From contig NC_054742.1 of NCBI RefSeq assembly GCF_018143015.1, positions 15,990,441-16,054,440 of the forward strand: a stretch of DNA of 64,000 nucleotides. Direction: 5' to 3'. Of this stretch, positions 62,883 to 64,000 are shown piece after piece. The first letter of the stretch is position 1, and each line of letters starts with the position of its first letter. The notes below the pieces were generated by a model that worked only from the letters and a program-made list of their open reading frames with translations, searched no databases and was not told the DNA's origin. This DNA is from Lytechinus variegatus (taxonomy: Eukaryota). A program made the position numbers and the translations under genes.

Positions 62883-64000
62883 TACACTATTAGAAAAAAC
62901 AGTAGATTCTACAGAAGAAAAATAAAAAACAAGTTTTACAGATAAAAGAATAATTTTGAAGATTATAATAACAGGAGGGTTTTCCACAATTTTTCTTCAA
63001 TTTTACAGAACAGACATGTTTTTAAAAAGGGGAAAACAGTTTTATTACAATAAATTTGTAAGGGTACATGCACATAATATAAATTTTCTGTAAGTTTACA
63101 CAAATGCATGCATGTAGGATTACACAGTGCAGTAAGATTACAGGTGTTCTCCAGACCCTGTTGCAGGATTTTTTTTTTTTTTTAAGTATAAATTTTCTAA
63201 CAGTGTAAAAAATGGCGAAGTTGAAAATGGCAAAGGTAAAAATAGCATAAGCAAAAATGAAAGACATATGGGGTGCTGGTTTGTTAAAAAGCCGAGAAGT
63301 AAAAAGTTTTCACTCTAAAATCAAAAGGGATTTGGTTAAGGGGGAAAATGACTTAAAAAATTATTTCAGCTAAGTGAAGTTCTTTTGACTCAGAAAAAGA
63401 ATTACAACAAAAATAATAACAATCAGATAATAAATGTTTTTTTAGCATACCAAGCTAGTTACCAATAAGGTGCTGCTTATGGTGTACAAAATACCCAACA
63501 GCACTTCCGCTTCCAAGGGTTATGACCATCAAGCCGTCTATATCATATTGGATGCAATGGTAAAGAAGGTTCAGGGTCTTCTTTTATGAAAAGAATCTGA
63601 ACCAGACGGTACCCCTCGATCGACCCCAAATTGGTTTACTAGTCAAGATTATTATTGATTTTCATAATCAGTTACATATTCAGTGCCAAGCCTGGGAACG
63701 CATGCTTATTGTCATTCAAATATTTAAAAATAGTACAGACGACAATACAAATAACGACATAATATTCAACCACAATCATTCGTGACAATTTCAAGGTCTA
63801 AGCTTTCCCGCTATGTTCTTTTCCCACCCCTAACCCTTTCTGTCTCTCCACCTCTCTTATGTCTACTCTTCCTCCTTTTTGTAACGGTAAACCTGGCAAA
63901 ACTTTAGACATAAAAAAAACAGCTAGACAAAAAGTAATGTTATACAATGATGAATGAGAATAGTGCAGTTTCATTTTGCTCCTGATGAATTGAATGAAAA

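Noticed and set aside
62517-62987. Four overlapping ORFs (89-139 aa) with NGRGKNGRG / MAEVKMAEV / LPLPFLPLP periodic peptides
   Set aside because: All six frames are open only because of the 15-bp minisatellite; the peptides are repeat translations.
1-64000. Any prokaryotic-style system (operons, CRISPR, defence islands)
   Set aside because: The sequence is unmistakably eukaryotic: GT-AG introns, LINE RT, MITEs, satellites and poly-A signals, with no long uninterrupted ORFs. The exceptions are all repeat translations plus the one orphan 212-codon terminal exon at 5415-6055, which has an acceptor site. Bacterial-type features are not applicable.

Overview
This is eukaryotic (metazoan) genomic DNA: AT-rich, with spliced genes, LINE reverse-transcriptase relics, MITEs and satellites. 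Nothing prokaryotic is present. The gene content and repeat types fit an invertebrate deuterostome, possibly an echinoderm, but I cannot confirm that without a database. All calls below come from reading the sequence and from recalled protein-family consensus; splice boundaries are +/- a few nt.

Two protein-coding genes are reconstructed.

(1) On the + strand at 552-2836 sits the 3' part of a C-type-lectin-domain gene. It has four exons: the CTLD split over two, a short stalk, then a transmembrane exon with a cytoplasmic tail. An AATAAA lies at 2942. The signal-peptide exon(s) must lie upstream of the window.

(2) On the - strand a histidine-decarboxylase (HDC, PLP-dependent group II decarboxylase) gene is spread over ~47 kb (6908-54155). 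Twelve exons can be read that join in frame to a 548-codon CDS. It is co-linear with vertebrate HDC from 'MVDY..YLS..R.RR..PDVQPGYL' to the HDC-specific 'RFTVTS..TT.DDIL.DW.LI' tail, and includes the PLP-lysine 'NPSKW'. Intron 3 is ~34 kb and is packed with repeats.

A further - strand terminal exon (5415-6055) encodes a basic-then-acidic, Ser/Asp-rich 212-aa tail of unknown affiliation.

The most unusual structure is a ~9.7-kb segment (21941-31679) that is tandemly duplicated almost perfectly (31680-~41040) inside HDC intron 3. Each copy carries:
- a ~3-kb foldback-type transposon whose inverted arms are built of ~30-bp tandem subrepeats, flanked by a perfect 9-bp TSD (AGTTCGGAC); an internally deleted mini-copy with its own 9-bp TSD lies at 11151-11443;
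- a 912-bp TTAA-flanked, 40-bp-TIR non-autonomous element with a very odd CG/'TACG'-saturated interior.

The two duplicate copies differ by a ~363-bp insertion/deletion inside the foldback element.

Other notable items:
- a 190-bp-period satellite at three loci whose only strongly conserved part is a 13-mer AAAATGGC(C/T)GCCA (the reverse complement resembles a YY1-type GCCAT site);
- a derived 15-bp minisatellite;
- a ~115-bp tandem array belonging to a dispersed 'GCGAGCGCGAAGC...GATATTCC' repeat family;
- a 180-bp tandem array abutting a LINE RT fragment;
- several strong hairpins and palindromes in HDC introns;
- a TIR MITE;
- a 2.7-kb unit bounded by long inverted repeats;
- a tRNA-Leu-like fragment.
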